A stretch of DNA of 64,000 nucleotides, taken from assembly GCA_002269645.1 (NCBI GenBank), contig NIVC01000107.1:186001-250000 (forward strand), given 5' to 3'. Origin of the DNA: Macrostomum lignano. Taxonomy: Eukaryota. The notes beneath the pieces are model-generated. The model was not told the DNA's origin, did not search any database, and was given only the letters and a program-made list of their open reading frames with translations. This document shows positions 14,511 to 33,411 of this stretch, in pieces (position 1 is the stretch's first letter; each line of letters begins with the position of its first letter). Position numbers and translations under genes: made by a program.

Positions 14511-15774
14511 TGTGGCTTCTAGATGCAATTCTAGCAAACTAGTAGCAAATGACATGCAATGCAACAAAATGGTTCAGTGCAAGCTTTGCACTTGTTATAG
14601 GTGTCTAAAGGGGCCAAGAATTTAGAGAATACTGTTTCTACTTGGTCAATGTGCTCTCTAAAGTCTATGTCTAATGCATCAGCTTCTCAATGGCCTAAGC
14701 CTCATATCATTACTTGCACTTGATTGATTAAGCTGCAATCTGTTTAATATAAAAATGATACTTTCAGTTATATTATTTTTGTTTATACTCAGACACTAAA
14801 TTTTTATTTGAAAGCTTAAAAGTAGTTTAGGTAAGAATGACTCACACTGAATGGCATTTCTTATATGTAAAAATTCTCTTTGTCTTTGTTTTTGCTCACT
14901 TTCCAAGTGTATAATAGCTCACTTGGTTCTTGCTCAAGGCATGTGGCTAAAATGTTTATAAAAATATTTGATAATTATAGTTTGCTGATAATTATAATGA
15001 ATAAAAACCACATTTGGTAATAACAAAAATAAATAAGATATTGTCATTCTTATTTTCAGAATAACAAATTTAGCAAGAATGTAAGATAACAAATGGTTTT
15101 AAGTCTAAAAACAAAATGAGCTAAAAGTCGATTTTATTATGCCTGGCTAATTTAGCCCTGTCTTGGGCTTGGCTTTTCTTATGCTTTAAAATAAGAATTT
15201 TTGGAAGTCTAACTATATGCCTAGCTATAAAATAAAAAGTTAATCTAGCCTAACCTAGGACCTAGCCACCTAGGGTTGGTTAGTCATTAATGCTAGGCCA
15301 ATAGACTAAATGTCCTATATATCCCTACAGTAAAGAAGTTCTAGACAGGCTTAGTCTATGGCCTAACTTGGCCTATCTAAAGCCAAAGCCAGAACATTGA
15401 TACACATTTGCACAGTGCAAAGGCTGAGGTCTTAGGCCTACCAATAATAAAAAATTATTTTTATAATATGCATGTGTGTTACTATATATGACTTATGGCA
15501 CATGTCGAGCATGCTATTAGTTTAAAGTCTGCACAATGAAGGTCTGGGTCTAGCAAGCATGCAATTTGTAAGTACAGCTTCCAATTATAAGAATCAAGTA
15601 GAAGGATGCGAAACAGCAAATCTTAGAAAATGTTTATGAAGCTGGTTTTCGCCGAGAAATACACTACGGAGATAGGAAGTTTTGATTTTTTCAGCATGTT
15701 CACCCAATGTTCACCTTTTGATATGTTGTGCTTTCTTGTAGCTCTATTGAGAATTCTCATGCTAATCCGCAGCA

Positions 15775-17205
15775 ATGGCCAGCTCCGCCTCAGCTGATGC
15801 GGGAGGCTTCGCCGAGTTCGGCAACATCTTCGCCGACGAGCTGGTCGGCCTCACAGACGACCAGCTGGTGGCCCTGAGCGCCAGGCGCCTGGCAGCCCGC
15901 CTCGCCTCGCTCTCCAAGCCCACCTCGGAATCTCGACGGCCTTCGAAAAAAGTCCCTGTTGACCAGGGCGACCTGCTTGACGGTCTGGACGATGACGGCG
16001 CCGACGAGCTGGAGGATGAGGATGAGGAAGACGAGCCGCCGCTGTCCGATGCCGATGCGGACTCCGAGGAGGCTGCAGGCAGCGATGACGATGATGCGAT
16101 ATTCCGAGGCGGCGAGCTGGACGAAGCTGAGCAGGAGGAGCTGCTGGCGATGGAGGCCGAGGAGGCGGACGGCAGCGCCGATGACGAAGAAGACAGCGAG
16201 GCGGAGGCGGACCTGGCGGCCCGGTTCGACCGGGAGGACCTGCCGTTCGACAGCTTGAAGTTCGACGACTTCATCGACCCGGCCAAGCGGCCAGGGAATG
16301 AACCGCCTGATGAAGAGGAAGAGGAGGAAGAAACCGGGGAGCGGGACGATGATGAGGAGCCGGAGGAGGCTGGCGAGGCCGAGGGTCCGCAGTCGAAGTT
16401 CGAGCGCAGCCAGAAGCGAATGCGCGAGGAGATCGCCGCTCTGGAGGACTCGCTGGTGCGGCCCGCGCCCTGGCAGCTGCGCGGCGAGATCGAGGCGGCT
16501 GAGCGGCCCGAAGGCGGCCTGCTGGAAGAAGACCTGGACTTCGATCACATCGGCCGGCCGCGGCCGCTGGCCTCAGAGGAGCTGGAGTCGCGCATCCAGG
16601 AGCTGGTGAGGGCGCGCATCAAGGAGGCCAAGTTCGACAGCGTGGCCAGGAAGCACCGGCCCGAAGAGCGGCCCGCCGAGTACCGCAAGGCGCTGCTGCT
16701 GGACACGGAGAAGCCGCGGCCTCTTGCCGAGGTGTACGAAGGCGAGTTCGCCAAGCAGCAGACGGCCGAGGCAGCCAAGTCGCTGCCGCAACACGAGGAG
16801 ATCCGGCGCGACCTGAACTCCCTGCTGGCCCGGCTGGACCGCCTGTCCGGCCTGCACTTCGCCCCGCAGAACCCGCTGCCCCGCGTCCGGGTGGTCAGCG
16901 GGGCGCCCGCTCTGGCCATGGAGGAGGTCCGTGGCACGGCCGCCTCTGCCGAGGCCTCGCAGGCGGCCCCGGAGCAGCTGGCTGACAAGCCGGGCCGGCG
17001 GGCCGGCAAGGAGGTCGGCGACAGCGAGCTGAGCCGCACCGACCGGCTGCGGCGGCGGCGCAAGGCCAAGAAAGGCCAGCGGCTTCGGCGCCAGCGGGCA
17101 GAGGCGGCGGGCCTGGCATCGAAGGATCCGAGGCAGGCGGCTCTCGCGCAGCTCAAACAGCAAGCGCGAAAACCCGGGTCCCGAGTTCGAATCCTGGCGT
17201 CCTAA
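15775..17205 (+). CDS. MPHOSPH10: U3 snoRNP protein MPP10 (single-exon ORF, 476 aa)
   Basis: An acidic N-terminal tract is followed by SKFERSQKRM..PWQLRGEI..RPEGGLLEEDLDFD..RIKEAKFDSV..HFAP..MEEV..DRLRRRRKAK, typical of Mpp10. Confidence 0.92.
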   Translation: MASSASADAGGFAEFGNIFADELVGLTDDQLVALSARRLAARLASLSKPTSESRRPSKKVPVDQGDLLDGLDDDGADELEDEDEEDEPPLSDADADSEEAAGSDDDDAIFRGGELDEAEQEELLAMEAEEADGSADDEEDSEAEADLAARFDREDLPFDSLKFDDFIDPAKRPGNEPPDEEEEEEETGERDDDEEPEEAGEAEGPQSKFERSQKRMREEIAALEDSLVRPAPWQLRGEIEAAERPEGGLLEEDLDFDHIGRPRPLASEELESRIQELVRARIKEAKFDSVARKHRPEERPAEYRKALLLDTEKPRPLAEVYEGEFAKQQTAEAAKSLPQHEEIRRDLNSLLARLDRLSGLHFAPQNPLPRVRVVSGAPALAMEEVRGTAASAEASQAAPEQLADKPGRRAGKEVGDSELSRTDRLRRRRKAKKGQRLRRQRAEAAGLASKDPRQAALAQLKQQARKPGSRVRILAS

Positions 17206-17284
17206 TTGATATTGCGATAAAATTCTGTTGAAGCCACACGAGTAGCAACTATAATCCCCTTCCAGAAGTGACTCAAAACGTTTC

Positions 17285-17428
17285 ATAAACCCTGCCAGAA
17301 ACCACCCATAAACCCTGCCAGAAATCGCCTATGAACCCTGCCAGAAACCACCCATAAACCCTGCCAGAAATTGCCCATAAACCCTGCCAGAAACCACCCA
17401 TAAACCCTGCCAGAAATCACTCATAAAC
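17285..17428. repeat. 23-bp minisatellite (ATAAACCCTGCCAGAAACCACCC) x ~6
   Basis: Read directly from the sequence. Confidence 0.9.
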
Positions 17429-17911
17429 CTGTCTAAACACATTAGAAATTGCTTCTTGTTGTCATGCACAATTTCTGCGCATTTTTGTCATGCTATCAAT
17501 GCTCTTCAATTTATTGCCTTGTCTAAAAAGTTGTCAGTTTTTGTGAATTAAAAATTTGCTCCGCCAGTGCTCAGCTGTAAATCCGTTGTCTTTGGCATCC
17601 TGGATAAATAAATCCGAAACAGGGGCTTCTGGACTCAGAGTTGCTTCCGTGGACTTGACACTGTCAACATTGTTCATTATTTTTCGTTCGTGTAATTCTG
17701 CTCTTCGCTAGGAAATCTTGGGCTGCCGATCTGGTTCCAATTTACTCGTAGATTACTAGCTAGGCTACTGATGTCCGCGTTTTTTATCTTTTTTGTAGCA
17801 AATTCCCCAAAAATACTCGCGAGAAAGGATGCCTTATTTGTAGGGAATCAGAGAAAGGCTGGACCTGACTGTTCTGTTCATCACAGGCGACTTTGAAATC
17901 TGTCTGTCAGA

Positions 17912-18310
17912 CTGTCACCCATCTTGGCGCCCCTGTGTCACCCAACTTGGCGCCCCATGTGTCACCCATCTTGGCGCCCCTGTGTCACCCATCTTAGCGC
18001 CCCATGTGTCACCCATCTTAGTGCCCCATGTGTCACCCACCTTGGCGCCCCTGTGTCACCCATCTTAGTGCCCCATGTGTCACCCATCTTAGCGCCCCAG
18101 TGTCACCCATCTTGGCGCTCCATGTGTCACCCATCTTGGCGCCCCATGTGTCACCCACCTTGGCGCCCCTGTGTCACCCACCTTGGCGCCCATGTGTCAC
18201 CCACCTTGGCGCCCATGTGTCATCCACCTTGGCGCCCGTTTGTCTCCCATCTTGGCGCCTCATGTGTCACCCACCTTGGCGCCCCATGTGTCACCCATAT
18301 TGGCGCCCCT
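17912..18310. repeat. ~23-bp minisatellite (TGTGTCACCCATCTTGGCGCCCC) x ~17
   Basis: Read directly from the sequence. Confidence 0.9.
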
Positions 18311-18351
18311 ATCAACAATTCTCTCCCAAAAGCCGCGGATTATCCTCCTAG

Positions 18352-20737
<2,386 letters not shown>

Positions 20738-20782
20738 TTCGCTGGTCAGGGGGCTTCTGACTCGATGCTGCTGGGTCTGACA

Positions 20783-21230
20783 GTGGCCAGTGGATTGCTA
20801 ATCTAGCCAATGGATTGCTAATCTAGCCAGTGGATTGCTAATCTAGCCAGTGGATTGCTAATCTAGCCAATGGATTGCTAATCTAGCCAGTGGATTGCTA
20901 ATCTAGCCACTGGATTGCTAATCTATCCAGTGGATTGCTAATCTAGCCATTGGATTGCTAATCTAGCCAGTGGATTGCTAATCTAGCCAGTGGATTGCTA
21001 ATCTAGCCAGTGAATTGCTAATCTAGCCAGTGAATTGCTAATCTAGCCATTGGATTGCTAATCTAGCCATTGGATTGCTAATCTAGCCATTGGATTGCTA
21101 ATCTATCAGTGGATGGCTAATCTAGCCAGTGGATTGCTAATCTAGCCAGTGGATTGCTAATATAGCTAGTGGATTGCTAATCTAGCCAATGGATTGCTAA
21201 TCTAGCCAGTGGATTGCTAATCTAGCCAGT
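20783..21230. repeat. 20-bp minisatellite (TGGATTGCTAATCTAGCCAG) x ~22
   Basis: Read directly from the sequence. Confidence 0.95.
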
Positions 21231-21699
21231 GGGCTACTAGTTTAGTTAATATATTTCTCACTTATCAATAATCAATAGTGATCCACCAGCATCCACACCA
21301 ATCGGCCGCTGTCGGACTTTCTTTGGCGCCCCCAGATAGCATCTAATTTATAAGCAGTTTTTTTAATTAGATAATTAAAATAAGCGTTTTTGCGTCACTC
21401 CTACTGATAGTAGATGATTAGCTCGTGACGACAGTTTTTCCGCTTCGATTTATTCTGTATTTGCAGTTGTAGTTGTCATAGCTGTTCGTATTGCAGCCAC
21501 TGCTGTTAGCGCGTGGGCGCCAGTGCGGTGCAGGCGCGAATCTCCTTGCCTGCATTGACCAGAGCTCCGATTCCGGTTGACTTAATTAATAAACCAGGAT
21601 TTTTGCTAATCTGTTTATCATCAAACAATTGAAATTCGTTTCAACTTTAAAAAATGTTTACGTTTTCTTTACTGCTTCATTCTTTAACTTGGTTGTCCT

Positions 21700-22092
21700 C
21701 CCAGATCCTCAGTTGCTGGGCCAGTCTCCCAGATCCTCAGTTGCTGTGCCAGCCTCCCAGATCCTCAGTTTCTGGGCCAGTCTTCCAGATCCTCAGTTGC
21801 TGGGCCAGTCTCCCAGATCCTCAGTTGCTGGGCCAGCCTTCCAGATCCTCAGTTGACGGGCCACCCACAAGCCTCCCAGATCCTCTGTTGACGGGCCACC
21901 CACAAGCCTCCCAGATCCTCTGTTGACGGGCCACCCACAAGCCTCCCAGATCCTCTGTTGATGGGCCACCCACAAGCCTCCCAGATCCTCTGTTGACGGG
22001 CCACCCACAAGCCTCCCAGATCCTCTGTTGATGGGCCACCCACAAGCCTCCCAGATCCTCTGTTGACGGGCCACCCACAAGCCTCTCAGATC
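21700..22092. repeat. Minisatellite grading from ~21-bp units into a 35-bp unit (CCCAGATCCTCTGTTGACGGGCCACCCACAAGCCT)
   Basis: Read directly from the sequence. Confidence 0.9.
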
Positions 22093-22589
22093 CCCAATAT
22101 AATTTTTCACATTAGTGTAGTTTATCGTACTACTATTTGCAAATGTGAGTAGTAAGTATAGAAATTTATGTCCAATGGCAAACACTATCAGCGGTTCCGG
22201 GAGCGCTGTCATATTGCGTGTCTCTGTCAGCTCAGCTGGTCAGCCCGTGTTTGCACTGGCAGAGTGAACTTTTAGAGTGGGCTGGCAGCCTCCTGCTGCC
22301 GCTTTTTGCCCATCGATTATTATAGTTGATAAGAGAGTTCTCACTCAAAACTCGTTTCGAGCCTGACAGCCGCACTCGACTCGAGAGAGTTTTATCGTTC
22401 GTGCTCGATCGAAACGTTTCTGGTTTAAATCGATACGCAGTTTGTCGATAGTTGAAAGCCAGTGTATTTTTATTTACACAACAAAGCATGTGCAGTTTTA
22501 CAAGTTGATTTTGAAATGCAAACAGAATTCATATTGTAGAGCTTTATGCTTGAATGCCCCCTAGCAACTGGCACGGGAACCCGCTGCAT

Positions 22590-22660
22590 CAGGGGTCGGC
22601 AACCTTTTTACCTCAAGGCCCAGATAGAAAACTTAGCGCATGACTGCGGGCCAGAGGGGG
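22590..22660 (+). mobile_element. Solo hAT-type terminus (CAGGGGTCGGCAACC)
   Basis: Matches a common hAT TIR; no partner end was seen in the window. Confidence 0.4.
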
Positions 22661-22930
22661 GAGCAGAGAAGAGACGAGAGATGAGATGCAGTGTGGAGAT
22701 CAAGAAAATGTCCTGACTTAGGAAATTTCTCCTACTGCGACTTGAGACTTCTGCAGTCACATGTAGCTTGCAGAGCAGCCATGAAGCTTTTCTCAATGAT
22801 CTCAGTTTCCTACCTGTTGACAACTTTGCGAATACCGAGTTTCAGTCTGAGGAGGGAGGGTTTGCCTCGCTTTTTTCAAAGTGGCTTCGCTGCCTCCTTG
22901 CCGAGTCCCAGTTTCATAGAAAGCTCTTTC

Positions 22931-23085
22931 TCGGATTAGGTCTCCGCTGGTCTGTGGGCGGCTCTCTCTCGGATTAGGTCTCCGCTGGTCTGTGGGCGGC
23001 TCTCTCTCGGATTAGGTCTCCGCTGGTCTGTGGGCGGCTCTCTCTCGGATTAGGTCTCCGCTGGTCTGTGGGCGGCTCTCTCTCC
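22931..23085. repeat. 38-bp tandem repeat x ~4
   Basis: Unit CGGATTAGGTCTCCGCTGGTCTGTGGGCGGCTCTCTCT. Confidence 0.9.
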
Positions 23086-23292
23086 CAGTCCGTCCGAGCG
23101 GCCGCAGGTCGGGCAGGTCTTTGAAGTTGCCGCCGCTCTCCCGCCGGCTTCCTGGGCGTCTGTCTCTTCCGGCATGAGCATGAGCAGGTCTCTGAGCTGC
23201 ACCAGCAGCAGCTTCATCTGGCTCAGCTCCTTCTGCAGCTCGGGGGCCGGCGGGTCCTCGGAGGCTGCCGCTGCTTCTCGGCTTTCCTGCAT
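23050..23292 (-). CDS. Putative orphan coding exon (coiled-coil-like segment + CPTC)
   Basis: GC3-rich codons encode ELQKELSQMKLLLVQLRDLLM..KTCPTCGRS; gene context is unresolved. Confidence 0.4.
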   Translation of the reverse strand: MQESREAAAASEDPPAPELQKELSQMKLLLVQLRDLLMLMPEETDAQEAGGRAAATSKTCPTCGRSDGLGERAAHRPAET

Positions 23293-24112
23293 CCTCTGGG
23301 CTGCTCAGCTTTTCTGTTTGATCTCGAGAGAGCGAGCTGGAGGCCGAAACAGAATCAGCGAATCCTCCCCTTTTATCCCCCCTTTGCGGTCAGGGAGTGA
23401 AAAGGGGATCAGGCTAGAATTCTCCCTTCTCCCCACTCCCGCCTCCCCAGGGCCCATGCAGTTGATCCCAAGTTTTGCCTCCGAACTCCCCAAATTCGAT
23501 GCCCGCCTGCGTACAGCGCGGCGCTGCCGGCTCGCCTTCTTGCGGCCGATGATCCGAGAGAGGCGAGGCGGGGAAGACGGAGCGGGAGGGGCAGTCAGGC
23601 GAGGGCAGTGTTGCTGCTTTAACGCTTTTGCGTTGTGCATGGCACATGGCGAACAGCATGCTGGCAATTGGATGCCAGGTTTTCGGTTTTCCAAGGCGGC
23701 TCCTTGCGCTCCTTGTTGCAGCAATAATTTGGTCGCTGAGATTTGCTTTCAGCCAGTCCTGACCCCTGGCAGAGAGGCTCCTCGCCCCTCCCCCCCCATA
23801 CAAAACCATCCAGTGTGAAAGAGTGAGTCATCACGCATCACCAGGGACGGTTCTACTGCAGTAATTCATTACTTTTATTTTCTGTAACACGCTTCTGGAC
23901 AAGTGCTTTCGGGGGGGAGAGTCGTACGTGTAAGGTAAAAGTAAATCAGAGGAAAGGCCAAAATTTTTTCTACGCAGCATTGCTACGTTAATTAACAAGT
24001 TTTAATAAGTAGGAACCAACTTTGGAGCAATACAACATCCTGGTTCTGTTCATGGAAGCACTCAGATAAAGCCAACAAGAAGTGTCCAGGCAACTACCTG
24101 ATCCCTCTTAAC

Positions 24113-24750
24113 TGTTGCTGACTTGATCCCAGTCCCCTGTTGCTGACCTGATCCCAGTCCCCTGTTGCTGTTGCTGACCTGATCCCAGTCCCCTGTTGCT
24201 GACCTGATCCCAGTCCCCTGTTGCTGTTGCTGACCTGATCCCAGTCCCCTGTTGCTGACCTGATCCCAGTCCCCTGTTGCTGACCTGATCCCAGTCCCCT
24301 GTTGCTGACCTGATCCCAGTCCCCTGTTGCTGACCTGATCCCAGTCCCCTGTTGCTGACCTGATCCCAGTCCCCTGTTGCTGACCTGATCCCAGTCCCCT
24401 GTTGCTGACCTGATCCCAGTCCCCTGTTGCTGACCTGATCCCAGTCCCCTGTTGCTGACCTGATCCCAGTCCCCTGTTGCTGACCTGATCCCAGTCCCCT
24501 GTTGCTGACCTGATCCCAGTCCCCTGTTGCTGACCTGATTCCAGTCCCCTGTTGCTGACCTGATCCCAGTCCCCTGTTGCTGACCTGATCCCAGTCCCCT
24601 GTTGCTGACCTGATCCCAGTCCCCTGTTGCTGACCTGATCCCAGTCCCCTGTTGCTGACCTGATCCCAGTCCCCTGTTGCTGACCTGATCCCAGTCCCCT
24701 GTTGCTGAACTGATCCCAGTCCCCTGTTGCTGAACTGATCCCAGTCCCCT
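24113..24750. repeat. 25-bp minisatellite (GTTGCTGACCTGATCCCAGTCCCCT) x ~25
   Basis: Read directly from the sequence. Confidence 0.95.
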
Positions 24751-24887
24751 ATCGCATAAATTTAGAATTCTAATATTTCACAGAGCTTTCATCAGCCCAC
24801 TGTCTGCCTAATGCCAAAAGCAAAACATTTGCACCAACTGCTCAAGTGCGATAGAATCTGCAGCATCTCAGTCTGCCAGTCTCCGCC

Positions 24888-29213
<4,326 letters not shown>

Positions 29214-30611
29214 CACCTGCAGAATTCAAAGCGAGCGAACGAAAAAATATTTCTAAGAAATCAATTAAGAAGATGAAAGCCTACGGTGCCAGATACAGCT
29301 CCTTTGCAGCATCCATCTAGCCTCATCAGTTGCCCAGAGTCTTTTGCTTTTAGAAGCAGAAAGCAGCGAGCTTGCATTTGTCAACACAGAAGCTCCCTCA
29401 CTGCCCCCCGCCTCACCTGCCCTCCTCTTTCAGACTGAAATCTCATTTTTCTAGTTGCTAGGGCGAGAGCCTGCAGTCAGTGTTTGCCCGTATGACTTTC
29501 TTTGCTTTGCACTGCTTCAATACTTTAAGTTTCTGACTTGAAAATAACAGCGCAGAAAAATGTCGGACACTGGGACAGAAAAATGTCCCAGTTTCCAAAT
29601 CAGAATTTGCCGCATTTTAATTAGAAGATCAGCTTTTCTTTTCACTTTCTGCTACACCTGGCAACAAACGTAGCTCTTAGAAAACAAACTTGCCGCTCCC
29701 TTCAAAGCAGAGAGGCAGCAGGCGATTCACTTTGCAAAGCTACTATAGCTGATCCCCGTGACTTTCTGTCCCTGTTGCTTTTAGGTTTCCTGAACTGTGT
29801 GATTGCTATTTTGATTCTGAGTTAATGTCTGCGCTCACTACTTACATGAACTGCAGTGGGGCATTGTGAACTGGACGCCTTCCCCCACCAGCTCCTCACT
29901 AAGCAAGATGGGACTTCTGTTAGCAACTAAACTACCCCCTTAAATCCCAAGCGGCCCAAAAGCAATTTGCAAGTCTGCTGCAGCTGTTTGGTGCCGAGAA
30001 AAAGTTGAGCAATAACTGACTGTGTGAGCAGACATTTGATGCTCAGTAGCTTAATAGACTGAGTAGTGCATTGAGTGCTCAAGTCAACCCTGGCTGATGC
30101 TGATTCAATACTCGCAGCTGCTAATGATGCGGCCCTGTTTGAGCACCTCCTGAGCTCCAGGTGCATGACTACGGATTAATAATGCTTTTGAGGTGGTTAT
30201 GAGTGGGCTTTGCATCTAAAGCTGCGGGGATTAGTGAGACGAAGGCAGACGATCGATAATCCTCTTTACCCCCCCCATAGCTGGGATTTAATCCCAAGCA
30301 GCTCAGTGTCGACCTTTGTGTTGGAGGGACAAGTAGATGGGGTTGAGAAGCTGGGGCTCTGAGTGAGCCGGCGTTGGGGACGGAGATCGATGGGGTATCG
30401 GCTGCTGCTCATCCCGCTGAGATGGCCTGGCAAAGATGTCATTGTTGGCGGCTGCCCTGCTCAGCCCTGCTGCCCCCCCCGCTGTAATTTCAGTGGGGCT
30501 TCGGATTGCACCTGTGCGGCTCTGCTGCATCAGCCTGCCGCTGCCGTCTTCTGCTTGCTGAGGTGCCTTTTGTGCGCTGTGGCCTTTCTGATGGCTCCAC
30601 AGCATCCCTAC

Positions 30612-31190
30612 ATTAGCAATCCATTCTATTCCTGCATCCATGATAGGCTAGATTAGCAATCCATTCTATTCCTGCACCCATGATAGGCTAGATTAGCAAT
30701 CCATTCTATTCCTGCACCCATGATAGGCTAGATTAGCAATCCATTCTATTCCTGCACCCATGATAGGCTAGATTAGCAATCCATTCTATTCCTGCACCCA
30801 TGATAGGCTAGATTAGCAATCCATTCTATTCCTGCACCCATGATAGGCTAGATTAGCAATCCATTCTATTCCTGCACCCATGATAGGCTAGATTAGCAAT
30901 CCATTCTATTCCTGCACCCATGATAGGCTAGATTAGCAATCCATTCTATTCCTGCACCCATGATAGGCTAGATTAGCAATCCATTCTATTCCTGCACCCA
31001 TGATAGGCTAGATTAGCAATCCATTCTATTCCTGCACCCATGATAGGCTAGATTAGCAATCCATTCTATTCCTGCACCCATGATAGGCTAGATTAGCAAT
31101 CCATTCTATTCCTGCACCCATGATAGGCTAGATTAGCAATCCATTCTATTCCTGCACCCATGATAGGCTAGATTAGCAATCCATTCTATC
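30612..31190. repeat. Highly homogeneous 40-bp minisatellite x ~14
   Basis: Unit TTAGCAATCCATTCTATTCCTGCACCCATGATAGGCTAGA. Confidence 0.95.
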
Positions 31191-31974
31191 CTTGCTCCCC
31201 AGCCGTCGCCAGTCCTTCAACCCAGCTCGCACCCTCGCCGCCCCTCATTATCCCGCAGCTGCGACATCTCCCAGAGCCGACACCCCGCCTCTCCCGCCAG
31301 TCTGTGCCGCCTCTCAACTCCGGCGCGGAGTCTCCGAGCCCCGCTAATGAAATCTCAGCCCGCGAGAGCCCAGGAAACCCCAGAGACGGGCGGGGCGACT
31401 CCGCATTGAGGGGGGGATAAGTGGCGCTGGCCCGGTCGTTAAACTAGTGGGCTGTTAGATCCCAGATCCCAGTCTCCCCGTCTCTCTCCTTCTAGTTCGC
31501 CAGTTCTACAACTTCCCACCCTGCCAAGAGCCTCAATGGGGATCTGGGAGGGAGCGGCAACAGGGGAAGGGGGATCCGGGCTGTGCCGGCCCTAACTCGA
31601 TTCTCCCAAATCCACTTCTCGCTGCTGCAAAGGGCCGCTCGGCCGGCAAATGAGGGGCCGGCGGAGGCTGCCTCATCTGTGAGTTCCCGGCTGAGGATTC
31701 TGCTTTTGTGCAGCACAACGCGATTCCCAGGGTGCTTCTGAGCCCGAGCCTCTGCCGTTTCAGTTCGCTTCTCTCCCGAACTCTCCTAATATGGGTATGC
31801 TGTCTGGTTTACTCATTGCTGCTTTCAACATCTCCAGCTTCCATCTCAATTTGCACTCTCGTTGTCTGAAACTTTTTTTGTTACTTTCTTAATCATCTGC
31901 TGCTGTCTGTTCACCCGCTTGCCCTCTGACACTGATCTTCTCTTTGTTTCTGGCTCTCTGAATTCATCTCCTTC

Positions 31975-32790
31975 CCTCTCCCTCTCCCTCTCCCTCTCTC
32001 TCGCCCTCTCCCTCTCCCTCTCCCTCTCCCTCTCCCTCTCCCTCACCCTCTTCCTCTCGCTCTCCCTCTCCCTCTCCCTCTCCCTCACCCTCTCCCTCTC
32101 GCTCTCCCTCTCCCTCTCCCTCTCCCTCACCCTCTCCCTCTCCCTCTCCCTCTCCCTCTCCCTCTCCCTCTCCCTCACCCTCTCCCTCTCGCTCTCCCTC
32201 TCCCTCTCCCTCTCCCTCACCCTCTCCCTCTCGCTCTCCCTCTCGCTCTCCCTCTCCCTCTCCCTCTCCCTCACCCTCTCCCTCTAGCTCTCCCTCTCCC
32301 TCTCCCTCTCCCTCTCCCTCACCCTCTCCCTCTCCCTCTCCCTCTCCCTCTCCCTCTCTCTCGCCCTCTCCCTCTCCCTCTCCCTCTCCCTCTCCCTCTC
32401 CCTCTCCCTCACCCTCTCCCTCTCCCTCTCCCTCTCCCTCTCCCTCTCCCTCACCCTCTCCCTCTCCCTCTCCCTCTCCCTCTCCCTCTCCCTCACCCTC
32501 TCCCTCTCGCTCTCCCTCTCCCTCTCCCTCTCCCTCACCCTCTCCCTCTCCCTCTCGCTCTCCCTCTCCCTCTCCCTCTCCCTCACCCTCTCCCTCTCGC
32601 TCTCCCTCTCCCTCTCCCTCTCCCTCTCGCTCTCCCTCTCGCTCTCCCTCTCCCTCTCCCTCTCCCTCACCCTCTCCCTCTCGCTCTCCCTCTCTCTCTC
32701 CCTCTCCCTCACCCTCTCCCTCTCCCTCTCTCCCTCTCTCTCTCCCTCTCTCTCTCTCCCTCTCCCTCTCTCCCTCTCTCTCTCCCCTCT
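31975..32790. repeat. (CTCTCC)n pyrimidine microsatellite
   Basis: Read directly from the sequence. Confidence 0.95.
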
Positions 32791-33411
32791 CCTATTTCTT
32801 TCTTTTTCCTCCCTCATTCCTCTCTCCCTTTATCCTTTTCTATATCTCCTCCTTCTCTCACTCCTCTACCCTCATCTTCATCTCTTTCCTTCATCTCTAT
32901 CCCATCTCACCTCACTCTCCACTTTATTCATCTTCCTCACCAAGATCCAATTACCAAAACAGTTGGTTGAGCTCGGATTTCACACCGGAAATTCTTGCAA
33001 AGTGCACTCAGTGGCGGGGCGGGGCGGAGCGCACCACCGGACTGCACTTTGCGACCCAGCCGCTGTGAAGGCCTGCCGCACTCGGCAGACACGGAAACGG
33101 GCAGCACTGACTGGCTATCTGGCTGGCAGCGAGCCGTGCAGAGCTGAGATTCGGAGAAAGCTGAGCGCCAACCCCAGGCTGCGTGCAGATTGCGGGCGGC
33201 CGCCCCGCCCTCTGCCGCTGCACCGCCAGTCTGTATTTTTAGACCTGATCGCACCGAGTCCGCCACTTCTAGTGACTCATTCTGCCACCTTTTTCCTGAC
33301 CTGACTTCACAGTCTAGCCTTGCCGAACGTATAAATTCGTAGTGATGAAGCCGATTTGCTACTAGAAGCAGACGGGCAGCAGAATAAAAAAGCAGATCCC
33401 CACTCGCAGCG

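Noticed and set aside
15762-17286. Minus-strand ORFs over MPP10, and similar ORFs over ACAT1, the kinase, the GPCR, HM13 and the LINE
   Set aside because: These are antisense or shifted-frame shadows produced by GC3-rich codon usage, with no independent motifs.
30612-31190. CRISPR-like regular array
   Set aside because: The units are contiguous with no unique spacers, there are no cas genes and the context is eukaryotic. The same holds for all other arrays here.
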